Below are positions 46,399 through 57,796 of a stretch of DNA of 64,000 nt, one piece after another (position 1 is the stretch's first letter; the number at the start of each line of letters is the position of its first letter). Source of the stretch: Geminicoccus sp. (GTDB lineage Bacteria; Pseudomonadota; Alphaproteobacteria; Geminicoccales; Geminicoccaceae); NCBI RefSeq assembly GCF_035556675.1, contig NZ_DATMFZ010000308.1:128-64127 (forward strand). Direction: 5' to 3'. The notes beneath the pieces were generated by a model that saw only the letters and a program-made list of their open reading frames with translations, did not search any database and was not told where the DNA came from. The position numbers and the translations under genes were made by a program.

Positions 46399-46975
46399 CG
46401 ATCTGCCAGGCCTGGGTCATGTCCTCCAGGATCTGGCCGTTCTCCAGCCCGCGCCCTTCCAGCTGCAGCATGATCCGGCCCCCCAGGATCAGCGTGGCCT
46501 GGCCGCTGTCGCCGCCCTCCTCGAACTGCACCATCGCGTTGTCCCGGCCGACCCGAACCCGCTTGGCGCCGGGATTGGCCGCGATCAGCGCCGGATTGCC
46601 GATCATCGCCGCCAGCCCCTGGATCATCGGGTTGTCCACCGAGATCCGGGCCTCGATCGAGCCGTTGCCGCCCTCCTGCGTATAGGTGCGCGCCACCGCC
46701 GTGCCGCCGCCGAACATCGCCATGGCGGCACTGCTGTCGTCTTCGCTGTCCTCGTACGTCCAGCCCGTGGGCGCCGGCGGGAAGCCCGCGCGATACTGCC
46801 CGGCGAGCTGCGACCGGATGTCCTGGATCGCGAACTGCAGCTCGTTGATGGCGCCACCCAGGTCACCTTCTTCGTAGTACTGCTTGCCGAGATCGATCTG
46901 ATCGGTGACCTGATCGGCGGACGCCGGCAGGGCGGCAGCCAGCAACAGGGCGCAGACAAGGGCAACGACACGCAT
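46370..46975 (-). CDS. periplasmic hypothetical protein
   Basis: This is the C-terminal 201 aa of ORF 46370..48112, starting at the ATG at 46975. MRVVALVCALLLAAALPASA is a signal peptide. I recognise no family. Confidence 0.6.
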   Translation of the reverse strand: MRVVALVCALLLAAALPASADQVTDQIDLGKQYYEEGDLGGAINELQFAIQDIRSQLAGQYRAGFPPAPTGWTYEDSEDDSSAAMAMFGGGTAVARTYTQEGGNGSIEARISVDNPMIQGLAAMIGNPALIAANPGAKRVRVGRDNAMVQFEEGGDSGQATLILGGRIMLQLEGRGLENGQILEDMTQAWQIDALKKIAGM

Positions 46976-47071
46976 GGAACCAACCGCAGCTTCCCCGACC
47001 GGCCCTGACCCTAGCCTGCCCGTCACGGTGTCGTCGAGCGTCCGGAAACGTCTGGCAGCGGGAGCTGGCCG

Positions 47072-48238
47072 ATGAGCGGGAATGACCGGGTCGTGGTGGT
47101 GGGCGGCGGCCATGCCGGCCTGCTCATGGGCTTGGCGCTGGCCGGACACGGCATCGAGGTCCGGGTGGTCGAGCCCATGGCGCCGGCAGCGATCCGCAAG
47201 GCGCCGCCCGACGGGCGGACCCTCGCACTCCTGGCCGGCAGCATCCTGCAGCTCGAGGGGCTGGGCCTGTGGGGCCCGCTCGCTCCCTATGGCACGCCGA
47301 TTCGGCGGGTCGAGGTGCTGGACGTCGGCAGCGCGGCCAAGGTCGACTATCGCGAGGAGGACGCGCCCGGCCCGGTCCCGTTCGGCCAGGGATTCGAGAA
47401 TCGCGTCCTGCGCCAGGTGCTGCTCGACCTGTTCCTGGAGCGGGCCGGCCGCCGTCACCTGGTCACCGACCGGGTGAGCGCCATCGAGCGCGACGCCACA
47501 GGCATCACCATCCGTACCGAGGGAGGTGCCCGGCTGCCGGCGGGCCTGGTGATCGGTGCCGATGGCCGCGGCTCCGGGCTGCGCAAGCTGGCCGGGATCG
47601 GGTTGCATCGCTGGAGCTATGGCCACTCCGCCCTGGGCTTCATCGTCCGCCACCCGGTCGACAATGGCGGTGCCGTGCTGGAGCGGATGCGCAAGGGCGG
47701 ACCGCTGGCGACGCTGCCGCTGCGTGCCGACCGCACCGGGATCACCTGGGTGGAGACGCCGGAGCGGGCGAAGGCCCTGGCCGAAGGCGAACCAGGACAG
47801 CTGCTGGCCGAGCTGGACCTGGCCCTGGGCCACGCGCTGGGCGAGCTCGAGCTGGACAGCCCGGTGGGTGTCTGGCCGCTCTCCGGCCAGCATGCCGACC
47901 GCTACGTGGCACCACGTCTGGCCCTGGTCGGCGATGCCGCCCATGGGGTTCACCCCATCCATGCCCAGGGCTTCAACATGGGCATCGCGGATGTGGCCGC
48001 CCTGGTGCAGCTCATCGCGGCCCGGCCGGACGAGCCGGGCTCTCCGGATGTCCTGCGCGCCTATGAGCGGCAGCGGCGCGGCCCGAACACGCGCTCGATC
48101 TGGCTGACCCATGGTCTCGCCCGGCTGTTCACCAACGAGCTGGTGCCGGTCACGCGCGCCCGTGGGGCAGCGCTCACCTTGCTCGACCGGCTGCGCCCGC
48201 TGCGGCGGTTCGCCATCCAGCGCGGCATGCGGACCTGA
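47072..48238 (+). CDS. UbiH/UbiF/VisC/COQ6-family FAD-dependent ubiquinone-biosynthesis hydroxylase
   Basis: [14 protein letters not shown] is the FAD GxGxxG motif. [10 protein letters not shown] and [21 protein letters not shown] are also present. Confidence 0.9.
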   Translation: MSGNDRVVVVGGGHAGLLMGLALAGHGIEVRVVEPMAPAAIRKAPPDGRTLALLAGSILQLEGLGLWGPLAPYGTPIRRVEVLDVGSAAKVDYREEDAPGPVPFGQGFENRVLRQVLLDLFLERAGRRHLVTDRVSAIERDATGITIRTEGGARLPAGLVIGADGRGSGLRKLAGIGLHRWSYGHSALGFIVRHPVDNGGAVLERMRKGGPLATLPLRADRTGITWVETPERAKALAEGEPGQLLAELDLALGHALGELELDSPVGVWPLSGQHADRYVAPRLALVGDAAHGVHPIHAQGFNMGIADVAALVQLIAARPDEPGSPDVLRAYERQRRGPNTRSIWLTHGLARLFTNELVPVTRARGAALTLLDRLRPLRRFAIQRGMRT

Positions 48239-48239
48239 A

Positions 48240-48566
48240 ATGTCGGTTCTGCCGATCTATCTGGGCGCGGCTCTGGCCGAGATCACCGGCTGCTTCGCGT
48301 TCTGGGCCTGGCTGCGGCTCGGCCGCTCGATCCTCTGGCTGGTACCGGGCATGGCCAGCCTCGCCCTGTTCGCCTGGCTGCTGACGCTGAGCCCGGCAGA
48401 CGCCGCGGGACGCGCTTTTGCGGCCTATGGCGGCATCTACATCCTCGCGAGCCTGCTGTGGCTCTGGGCCGCCGAGGGGGTGCGCCCGGACCGCTGGGAT
48501 CTGGCCGGTACGCTGGTCTGCCTGCTGGGTGCGGCCCTGATCCTGTTCGGGCCCCGCCCGGCCTGA
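48240..48566 (+). CDS. ynfA: YnfA family (UPF0060) small membrane protein
   Basis: The ATG at 48240 lies 1 nt after the preceding stop. [15 protein letters not shown]...AAYGGIYI and the 108-aa length fit. Confidence 0.85.
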   Translation: MSVLPIYLGAALAEITGCFAFWAWLRLGRSILWLVPGMASLALFAWLLTLSPADAAGRAFAAYGGIYILASLLWLWAAEGVRPDRWDLAGTLVCLLGAALILFGPRPA

Positions 48567-48587
48567 GCCGGACCAGGGCCCGCCGGA

Positions 48588-50639
<2,052 letters not shown>

Positions 50640-50669
50640 GATGGTTCTCGCGGAAAAGAACTCGAGAGA

Positions 50670-51101
50670 TCAGAAGGGCTTGAGGATCACCAGGAGAACG
50701 ATCCCGACGAACAGCAGGGTCGGAACCTCGTTGATCATCCGATAGAAGCTGGCGGGCTTGGGTCGCTCGTCCCGAGCCAGCTTCCGGACTTGGCCGGCCA
50801 GGAAGCCGTGGCAGCCGGCGAGCAGCAGCACCAGGAGGAGCTTCGCGTGCAGCCAGCCGTCGGAGAACTGGTTCTGCACGATCGCGAGCCAGATCCCGAA
50901 CACGAAGGTGAGAATCATGGCCGGGGTGGCGATCCCTTTCAGGAGCCGCCGCTCCATGATCTTGAAAGTCTCCGACGAATCGCCGCCGACGACCTTGTCG
51001 ACATGGTACACCATCAGGCGCGGCAGATACCACATCGCAGCCATCCAGGCGGCGAATGCCATGATGTGCAGGGATTTCAGCCAGAGCGACCAGTCGCTCA
51101 A
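50670..51101 (-). CDS. hemJ: protoporphyrinogen IX oxidase HemJ (CopD-like UPF0093)
   Basis: WLKSLHIMAFAAWMAAMWYLPRLMVYH, 4 TM segments, the 143-aa length and adjacency to hemE support the call. Confidence 0.85.
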   Translation of the reverse strand: MSDWSLWLKSLHIMAFAAWMAAMWYLPRLMVYHVDKVVGGDSSETFKIMERRLLKGIATPAMILTFVFGIWLAIVQNQFSDGWLHAKLLLVLLLAGCHGFLAGQVRKLARDERPKPASFYRMINEVPTLLFVGIVLLVILKPF

Positions 51102-51258
51102 CCGGACCTCGCGTGCGCTTCCGATCGTACGATCCTGTCGGGCTCCATCAAGGAGCCTGGCGAACGTCGATGAAGCGGGAAGTTTTCAGGGGACGGCAAG
51201 GGTGCCGCCCCTGATCAATGGCCCATAGCGGTGAAGATTTCAAGGGTTCTGACCGATA

Positions 51259-52320
51259 TCAGGCGTCCAGCGCCCGCACTGCGTCGGCCAGCCGCTGCAC
51301 CTCGCCGGGATCGGTCTGCTGTAGCACGCCGTGGCCCAGGTTGAAGATCCAGGGCCGGCCCTGATTGGCCTTTGCCAGCGCCGCAAGGCGCGTCAGCATG
51401 CCCTCCCCGCCGGCCACCAGATCGACAGGGTCGAGATTGCCCTGCAGGCACAGGTTGCGCGGCAGTAGCCGTACCGCCTCGGCCATCGGCACGCTCGTGT
51501 CGAGGCTCAGCCCGTCGGCTCCCACCCGGGCCGCCACCTCGGGCAGCGCCAGACCGACACCGCGCGGGAAATGGATCATCGGGATGTCGGGATGCCGGGC
51601 CTTGAGCTCCGCCACGATCCGTTGTGCCGGCTGGATCGCCCACAGCTCGAGCTGGTCGGGCGGCAGGGCGCCGGCCCAGCTGTCGAACAGCTGCAGCACC
51701 TCGGCACCGGCCTGCACCTGCCGGTCGAGGAAGGCGATCACCGCGTCGGTCAGCAGCTCGATGAGCCGGCCGAACAGCTCCGGCTGGCAGCGGGCCAGCG
51801 TGCGCGCGGCCGCGAAGTCCTTCGAGCCGCCGCCTTCGACTACGTAGGCCGCGAGCGTCCAGGGTGCGCCGGCAAAGCCGATCAGCGCCGTCTCCGGGGG
51901 TAGCTCCCGCCTGAGTCGGCTGAGTGTCGCGTAAACCGGGCTCAGGCGATCGTGCAACTGATCGAGGCTCAGCCTCGCCAGATCCTCAGCCGTCCTGACC
52001 GGCGCCAGCACCGGCCCCTCCCCCTGGGCGAAGGCGACCTGCACGCCCAAGGCGTCCGGCACCACCAGGATGTCGGAGAACAGGATGGCCGCATCCATGC
52101 CGAACCGCCGGATCGGTTGAAGGGTCACCTCCACCGCCAGGGCGGGATTGTAGCACAAGGAGAGAAAGTCCGGCACGTCCTTACGTATCTCGCGATATTC
52201 CGGGAGATAGCGTCCCGCCTGACGCATCAGCCAGAACGGCGGGCGTGTCGTCGGCTGACCCTTGAGAGACCGGATCAGCAGCTTGTCAGCCGAATGGATC
52301 GGTGAGCCGGATTTGTCCAC
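51259..52320 (-). CDS. hemE: uroporphyrinogen decarboxylase
   Basis: PPFWLMRQAGRYLPEYR, ILFSDILVVP and the 353-aa length fit. The start is a GTG at 52320. Confidence 0.95.
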   Translation of the reverse strand: MDKSGSPIHSADKLLIRSLKGQPTTRPPFWLMRQAGRYLPEYREIRKDVPDFLSLCYNPALAVEVTLQPIRRFGMDAAILFSDILVVPDALGVQVAFAQGEGPVLAPVRTAEDLARLSLDQLHDRLSPVYATLSRLRRELPPETALIGFAGAPWTLAAYVVEGGGSKDFAAARTLARCQPELFGRLIELLTDAVIAFLDRQVQAGAEVLQLFDSWAGALPPDQLELWAIQPAQRIVAELKARHPDIPMIHFPRGVGLALPEVAARVGADGLSLDTSVPMAEAVRLLPRNLCLQGNLDPVDLVAGGEGMLTRLAALAKANQGRPWIFNLGHGVLQQTDPGEVQRLADAVRALDA

Positions 52321-52746
52321 AGGTCAACAGTTCCTAAGAATCTGTTCTTTTGCGATTCGAATGGAGAAGAACAGGTTGTAGGGGTGGTTGTAGGGAGGGC
52401 CTGAACCGGGATTGCCGGATGGTCCCCCGGATCTCCCTGCCATCTGCCCAGCCTCCAGCTGGGCGCCGCGTCCTGGGTACAAATGCTGGAACATCCGTAA
52501 AAAAGCCAGTTCATTCCGCGTCTTGCCCGGGGGATAAGGATTCGGTGGAAGTGGGGGATTGTCCGACGCTATCGTCCGTGCGTGCATCGTCGGTCGTCGA
52601 AGCTTTCCCCATGGGTGTCGAATATCGGGAGATGGGTGGATGGACGGGCTGAGATGCGGACGGTTCGGCGGCCCGCCGTGGAGGCGTGGAATTATCCACC
52701 ATCCATCCACAGCTCCGATGACGTGCCGGGGCCAGCGGACGGGACG
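52313..52746. other. candidate chromosomal replication origin (oriC) in the hemE / ppsR-like intergenic region
   Basis: DnaA-box-like 9-mers are TTGTCCACA (52313-52321, 8/9), TTATCCACC (52692-52700, 8/9), CCATCCACA (52703-52711, 7/9) and GGTGGATGG (52635-52643, reverse, 6/9). The stretch 52321-52380 is 24/60 GC by my count. The flanking genes diverge from this region. Confidence 0.45.
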
Positions 52747-53634
52747 ATGACCTTGCGGCTGCACCTGCACCTGATCTCGGACAGCACGGGCGAGACGGTG
52801 ACCACCGTGGCGCGTGCCGCCGTGTCCCAGTTCGAGGATGTGGTCCCGGTCGAGCATGTCTGGTTCTTCGTCCGGACCCGCGCCCAGCTCGAGAAGGTGC
52901 TCTCCATCATCGGCATGATGCCGGGGATGGTGATCTTCACCCTGATCTCGCCGGACCTGCGCCAGATCCTGCAGGAGCGCTGCGCCCAGATGGAGGTACC
53001 CTGCGTCCCGGTCCTGGACGTGGTGATGAACGCGCTCACCCAGATGGTGGGCTCGTCGGGCATGCCGAAGATCGGCAAGCAGCACGAGATGGACGCGGGC
53101 TACTTCTCGCGCATCGCCGCGATGGACTTCGCGATGCGCCACGACGACGGCCAGGCGCCCGAACGGCTGGACGAGGCCGACGTGGTGCTGGTGGGGGTGT
53201 CACGCACCTCCAAGACGCCGACCTGCGTCTATCTCGCCAATCGCGGCATCAAGGCGGCCAATGTCCCGATCGTCCCGGACATGCCGCAGCTCCGCTACCT
53301 GGAGAAGCTGAAGCGGCCGCTCATCGTCGGCCTCACCATCAATGCCGAGCACCTGACCTCGATCCGGCGCAACCGGCAAAAGCACATGGGGGTCGGCGAT
53401 GAGGGCCAGTTCGGCGGCGACTATGCCGAGGCGGACCGGGTTCGCGAGGAGCTGGTGATGGCCAGGCGGATGTTCCGCAGGTTCGGCTGGCCCGAGATCG
53501 ACGTGACCCGCCGTTCGGTGGAAGAGACCGCCGCCGCGGTGCTGCAGCTCCTGCAGGCCCGGCGCGACCCGGCGCTGGGGACCGGGCCCAGGAGCTCGAT
53601 CGCCGCTGCCGACTGGCTGCAGGACGATGAATGA
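52747..53634 (+). CDS. pyruvate, phosphate dikinase regulatory protein-like kinase/pyrophosphorylase (DUF299, RP001-type)
   Basis: I take the ATG at 52747 within ORF 52582..53634. LHLISDSTGETV and the VLVGVSRTSKTPTCVYLA P-loop are present. Confidence 0.9.
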   Translation: MTLRLHLHLISDSTGETVTTVARAAVSQFEDVVPVEHVWFFVRTRAQLEKVLSIIGMMPGMVIFTLISPDLRQILQERCAQMEVPCVPVLDVVMNALTQMVGSSGMPKIGKQHEMDAGYFSRIAAMDFAMRHDDGQAPERLDEADVVLVGVSRTSKTPTCVYLANRGIKAANVPIVPDMPQLRYLEKLKRPLIVGLTINAEHLTSIRRNRQKHMGVGDEGQFGGDYAEADRVREELVMARRMFRRFGWPEIDVTRRSVEETAAAVLQLLQARRDPALGTGPRSSIAAADWLQDDE

Positions 53635-53661
53635 GCAGCGCCGCCGCCGGCGAGGCTGCCG

Positions 53662-54381
53662 GTGAGCAGCCACCGGCTGCACCGCCGGCGGCCATGGCAT
53701 CGCTGGGTCCTGCTGCCGGGGGCGGGGCTCCTGGCCCTGGCCTTGGTCTTCTGGTTCGGCCTGGAGGTGGGCAGTGCCAGAAGCGAGGCTCTGGTGCAGG
53801 CGCTCGATGCGCGGCTGGCCGAGCTGGACGAGCGCGAGCGGCAGGCCGGGCTGCGCCATGCCGAGGCGGAGCAGCGTCAGGCCGATGCCCTGACCGCCGC
53901 CCACCGGACGATCCGGGAACTGAAGGAACACGTTCCTGACGGCGAGTTCGGTGCCCTGGTCGACCTGCTGCGCACGCGGATGGAGGGCGGAGTTCCCATG
54001 GAGCGGCTGCGCTTCGTCGTGAGCCAGGCCCGGGCGGAGCGGCAGTGCCGCGAGGGCGTCGAGCGCCGCCGCTTCCAGCCGCGACTGCCGAGCGATGTCA
54101 GCCCGCTGCAGACCGCGGCCTTCCTCGACAACCGCATCACGGTCAGCGCCACGGCGTCGCCCATGACGCAAGCGGACGGCACCCAGGGCGAGGGGTTCGA
54201 TCCGGCCAAGCCCCTGGAGATCCGGCTCCTGCGGATCGGCGGCAACCTGGAACTGGTCAAAGGCGTGCTGCCGCTCGGCCATTCGGTGGTCGACGGGAAC
54301 CGTGAGTACCGGTTCACCTTCGCGCCTGGCGCGAAAAGCCCCGGCATCGAGGTGGTGATGCAGGACTGTGCCTATCCCTGA
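53662..54381 (+). CDS. membrane-anchored hypothetical protein (one TM, coiled-coil-like segment)
   Basis: The GTG at 53662 is in the same frame as, and 27 nt after, the ppsR-like stop. WVLLPGAGLLALALVFWFGL is a TM segment, followed by ALDARLAELDERERQAGLRHAEAEQRQ. I recognise no family. Confidence 0.5.
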   Translation: MSSHRLHRRRPWHRWVLLPGAGLLALALVFWFGLEVGSARSEALVQALDARLAELDERERQAGLRHAEAEQRQADALTAAHRTIRELKEHVPDGEFGALVDLLRTRMEGGVPMERLRFVVSQARAERQCREGVERRRFQPRLPSDVSPLQTAAFLDNRITVSATASPMTQADGTQGEGFDPAKPLEIRLLRIGGNLELVKGVLPLGHSVVDGNREYRFTFAPGAKSPGIEVVMQDCAYP

Positions 54382-55490
54382 GGAGGATTCTGCCGGGAAC
54401 GGCCGAACAGGTCGAGCTGGCGGGGATCGGCGTCATCGCCCCCATCACTGACTCCCAGGCCCAGAAGCCGCACCGGGCCTCGCGGCAGCTCGGGCCGCTC
54501 CAGCAGCCCGGCCGCAATTTTCCACATATTTTCGACATCCTGGGGAAAAGGCCGCGGCGTGGTGGTGCGGGTCCTGGTGACGAAGTCGGCAGTACGGATC
54601 TTGAGCACGATCGAGCGGCCGCGAAAGCCGGTCGTTGATAACCTTCGGTTGAGATCCTCGGTCAGGTTGCGCAGCTCCGCCAGCAGGGCGGCCGGGTCGG
54701 TCAGATCGCGCGGGAAGGTCTGCTCCACCGACACCGAGCGCCGCGGCCGGTCAGGCTCCACCGGCCGGTCGTCCAGACCTCGGGCGATGCGGGCGAGCCA
54801 GGCCCCGTGGCGGCCGAACCGGCGCACCAGCCAGGCCTCGGACGTCGCGCGCAGGTCGGCACCGGACGCGATGCCCACCGCGCGCAGCTTCTCCGCGGTG
54901 CGCGGCCCCACGCCGTGGAACTCCTCGACCGGCAGGCCCGCCAGCAAGGGCGCCACGTCGGCCAGGGCGATCACGGTCAGCCCGTCCGGCTTGTTCATGC
55001 CGGACGCGGTCTTCGCCAGGAACTTGTTGAACGATACGCCGGCCGAGGCGGTGAGCCCGGTTTCCGCCAGGATCAGCTCCTTGACCAGGCGGGCCAGCGC
55101 TACCGGGTCGGCCGGCCCGTCCAGCGGGCAGGTCACGTCCAGATAGGCCTCGTCCAGCGAGAGCGGCTCGACCAGCGGGGTGAAGCGGCGGAAGATCGCG
55201 CGGATCTGCCTGCTCACCTCGCGATACACGTCGAAGCGCGGCCGCACGAAGTGCAGCTCCGGGCAGCGGCGCAGCGCCTCGTGGGCCGGCATGGCCGAGC
55301 GCACCCCGAAGGCGCGCGCCTCGTAGCTGGCGGCCGCCACCACGCCGCGCCCCTCGCGCCCGCCCACCGCCACCGGCCGGCCGCGCAGTTCCGGGTCGTC
55401 CCGCTGCTCCACCGACGCATAGAATGCATCCATGTCGACATGGACGATGGCGCGCCTGCTCACCTTCGCCGGCTCCGCATCATGTGGCAT
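54372..55490 (-). CDS. dinB: DNA polymerase IV
   Basis: IVHVDMDAFYASVEQRDDPELRGRPVAVGG, SLDEAYLDV and the 372-aa length fit. Confidence 0.95.
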   Translation of the reverse strand: MPHDAEPAKVSRRAIVHVDMDAFYASVEQRDDPELRGRPVAVGGREGRGVVAAASYEARAFGVRSAMPAHEALRRCPELHFVRPRFDVYREVSRQIRAIFRRFTPLVEPLSLDEAYLDVTCPLDGPADPVALARLVKELILAETGLTASAGVSFNKFLAKTASGMNKPDGLTVIALADVAPLLAGLPVEEFHGVGPRTAEKLRAVGIASGADLRATSEAWLVRRFGRHGAWLARIARGLDDRPVEPDRPRRSVSVEQTFPRDLTDPAALLAELRNLTEDLNRRLSTTGFRGRSIVLKIRTADFVTRTRTTTPRPFPQDVENMWKIAAGLLERPELPRGPVRLLGLGVSDGGDDADPRQLDLFGRSRQNPPQG

Positions 55491-55631
55491 TCCCTACACG
55501 GCGGCCGAGTGTAGCGGATCGGACATACTGTCCATGCTTGCCCCGGCCGCGGGTGGCGATCACTCTGGCAAAGTTGTAACGGCGGTCCCAGCAGGATTGC
55601 CGCCGACAGGCGCGCGCAACGGGAGATAGGC

Positions 55632-56978
55632 ATGCGGTTGAAGGGTCTTCTTGTCCTCGCCTCGGCGCTGGGGGCCCTCGTCGCAGGTACGGCGCAGGCG
55701 CAGACGCTGCAGGAAGCACTGGCCAACGCCTACAACACCAACCCGGACCTCGGTGCCGCGCGTGCCCAGCTGCGTGCCACGGACGAGCTGGTTTCCCAGG
55801 CGCTGTCCGGCTACCGGCCGCAGGTCGGCGCCACGGCGAGCTACGACATCGTCGATCTCGACACGAGTGCCGGCGGCGCCACGCTCGACTCCTCCGCGAT
55901 CGGGCTGAGCGTCACCCAGCCGCTCTACCGGGGCGGCGGGCTGGATGCGAACCTGCGCGCCTCGGAGAACACCGTCCGCGCCAACCGCGCCAACCTGATC
56001 GTGACCGAGCAGCAGGTCCTCTATGACGCCGTGCAGGCCTATGCCGGCGTCTGGCGCGACCGTTCGGTGCTGGAGCTGGCGATCAACAACGAGAAGCGGC
56101 TGCAGCGCCAGCTCCAGGCGACCCGCGACCGCTTCAACGTGGGCGAGGTCGCCCGCACCGACGTCGCCCAGGCCGAGGCGCGCCTGGCCGCCGCCGAGGC
56201 CTCGCGGGTCGAGGCGGAAGGCCTGCTGGCCAACTCGATCGCCACGTTCCGGCGAGTGATCGCCCAGGAGCCGGAAAACGTCGACCAGCCGGGCCGTCCC
56301 GCCGCCCTGCCGGCGAACGAGGCGGAGGCGCAGGAGCTGGCCGCGGCCAACCCGAACATCGCAACCGCCCAGTACTCCCTGGCCGCGGCCAGGGACGACG
56401 TGGATGTCGCCTTCTCCCGGCTGCTGCCGCAAGTCGACCTGCGCGCCAGCGCCTCCTATGCGGACGAGCCGACCACCAGCCTCGCTTGGCAGCGCGATGC
56501 CTCGATCGGCGTGCAGGTCACCGTGCCGCTCTACCAGGGCGGTGCAGAATACTCTCAGGTCCGGCAGAACAAGCAGCTGGCCCGGCAGCGCGATGAGCAG
56601 CTGGTGGCGACCCAGCGCGGCGTCGCCGAGACCGTGACCACCGCCTGGGAAACGCTGCAGACCAGCACGACCAACATCCGCTCGCGGCAGGCCCAGGTGC
56701 GCGCCAACCAGATCGCGCTGGAAGGCGTGGAGCAGGAGGCGCAGGTCGGCTCGCGGACCGTGCTCGACGTGCTGGATGCCGAGCAGGAGCTGTTCGGCTC
56801 GCAGGTCGAGCTGGTGCGCGCCCAGGCCAACGAGGCGATCGCGGCCTATGCGCTGCTCGCCTCGATCGGCCAGCTCACCGCGGACCGGCTGGAACTGGCG
56901 GTCGAGCGGTACGACGCCGAGGCCTACTACCGGGAGAACCGCTCGCGCCTGTTCGGCCTGGGTGACCCGCTGGACTGA
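55632..56978 (+). CDS. tolC: TolC-family outer-membrane channel
   Basis: A signal peptide is followed by TLQEALANAYNTNPDLGAARAQLRATDE. There are two OEP repeats and the product is 448 aa. Confidence 0.9.
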   Translation: MRLKGLLVLASALGALVAGTAQAQTLQEALANAYNTNPDLGAARAQLRATDELVSQALSGYRPQVGATASYDIVDLDTSAGGATLDSSAIGLSVTQPLYRGGGLDANLRASENTVRANRANLIVTEQQVLYDAVQAYAGVWRDRSVLELAINNEKRLQRQLQATRDRFNVGEVARTDVAQAEARLAAAEASRVEAEGLLANSIATFRRVIAQEPENVDQPGRPAALPANEAEAQELAAANPNIATAQYSLAAARDDVDVAFSRLLPQVDLRASASYADEPTTSLAWQRDASIGVQVTVPLYQGGAEYSQVRQNKQLARQRDEQLVATQRGVAETVTTAWETLQTSTTNIRSRQAQVRANQIALEGVEQEAQVGSRTVLDVLDAEQELFGSQVELVRAQANEAIAAYALLASIGQLTADRLELAVERYDAEAYYRENRSRLFGLGDPLD

Positions 56979-57052
56979 CGGCAGCCATTGACGTGCGACC
57001 CGGGGGAGGACAACCCGGGCGGAGGAGGCCGGGCGGGGGGAGGAATGCCTGC

Positions 57053-57754
57053 ATGCGGGTGGGTCGACTGATCGGGCAGATGCTGCTGCTCCTCCTCTTG
57101 GCCGTGCCGGCCTGGGGCCAGGGCATGAGCGTGGGCGGGGCCGGCCTGGACGGCCCGGACCCGCTCACCATCGATCCGTTCGCCGCGTCGGCGGACACGT
57201 TCGGCATCGACGATCCTGCCGGTGACGGCCCGGCCTTCACCGGAAGGGACGTGCTCGCCGTACTGGATCGGGCGGAGCTCGGCCGCGACCCGCCCGAAGC
57301 TGCGACACCCGGCAGGGTCACCTTCGAGCCGCCCGCCGCGTCCCACCGCCCACTGGGCGGGGTCGGCGAGGCCAGACTGGAGTTGCACTTCAGCGAGGGT
57401 GAGGACGCGGTTGCGATCTGGCGGGCCTTCAATGAGCCGGGCGATGCCGTGGGAGCACTGCCGCGGCTGGGCAGCAGCCTGGCTGCGGAACTCCAGACCG
57501 ACCGGATCGGTGTCACTCATCGCCAGCGGGACGGGGACTGGTTCACCTGTGCCCTGGCTAGGCCGGCGCCGGATCTGGTCTGGGCGGTGTGCGGGCTTTC
57601 GGTGAGCCTGGACCCGTTGCAGGTGCTGGGCATGGTGCGAGCGGCCCTGCCGCCCGAGGGCGATACCGGACCACTGATCGGGCAGGCCATGACGGTCGCG
57701 ACCTGGGCACGCGACCGCTGGCTCGCCATCGAGAACGGGCGGCGCAGCGGCTGA
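57053..57754 (+). CDS. secreted hypothetical protein
   Basis: I take the ATG at 57053, 9 nt after GGAGG. MRVGRLIGQMLLLLLLAVPAWG is a signal peptide. I recognise no family. Confidence 0.5.
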   Translation: MRVGRLIGQMLLLLLLAVPAWGQGMSVGGAGLDGPDPLTIDPFAASADTFGIDDPAGDGPAFTGRDVLAVLDRAELGRDPPEAATPGRVTFEPPAASHRPLGGVGEARLELHFSEGEDAVAIWRAFNEPGDAVGALPRLGSSLAAELQTDRIGVTHRQRDGDWFTCALARPAPDLVWAVCGLSVSLDPLQVLGMVRAALPPEGDTGPLIGQAMTVATWARDRWLAIENGRRSG

Positions 57755-57796
57755 GCAGCGCCGCACCGAGAGGAAACGGCAGGGAGGAACAGGCGG

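Noticed and set aside
51187-51213. The hairpin caggggacggca/tgccgcccctg between hemE and hemJ, considered as an intrinsic terminator.
   Set aside because: The T-run lies on the wrong side for minus-strand transcription, which reads AAAAC after the stem. hemE and hemJ are plausibly co-transcribed. It may be a processing or REP-like structure, but I cannot support a terminator call.
52354-52362. A tRNA T-loop-like string, gattcgaat, in the hemE upstream region.
   Set aside because: The flanks cannot form a T-stem or acceptor stem. I could not build a cloverleaf, so it is not a tRNA.
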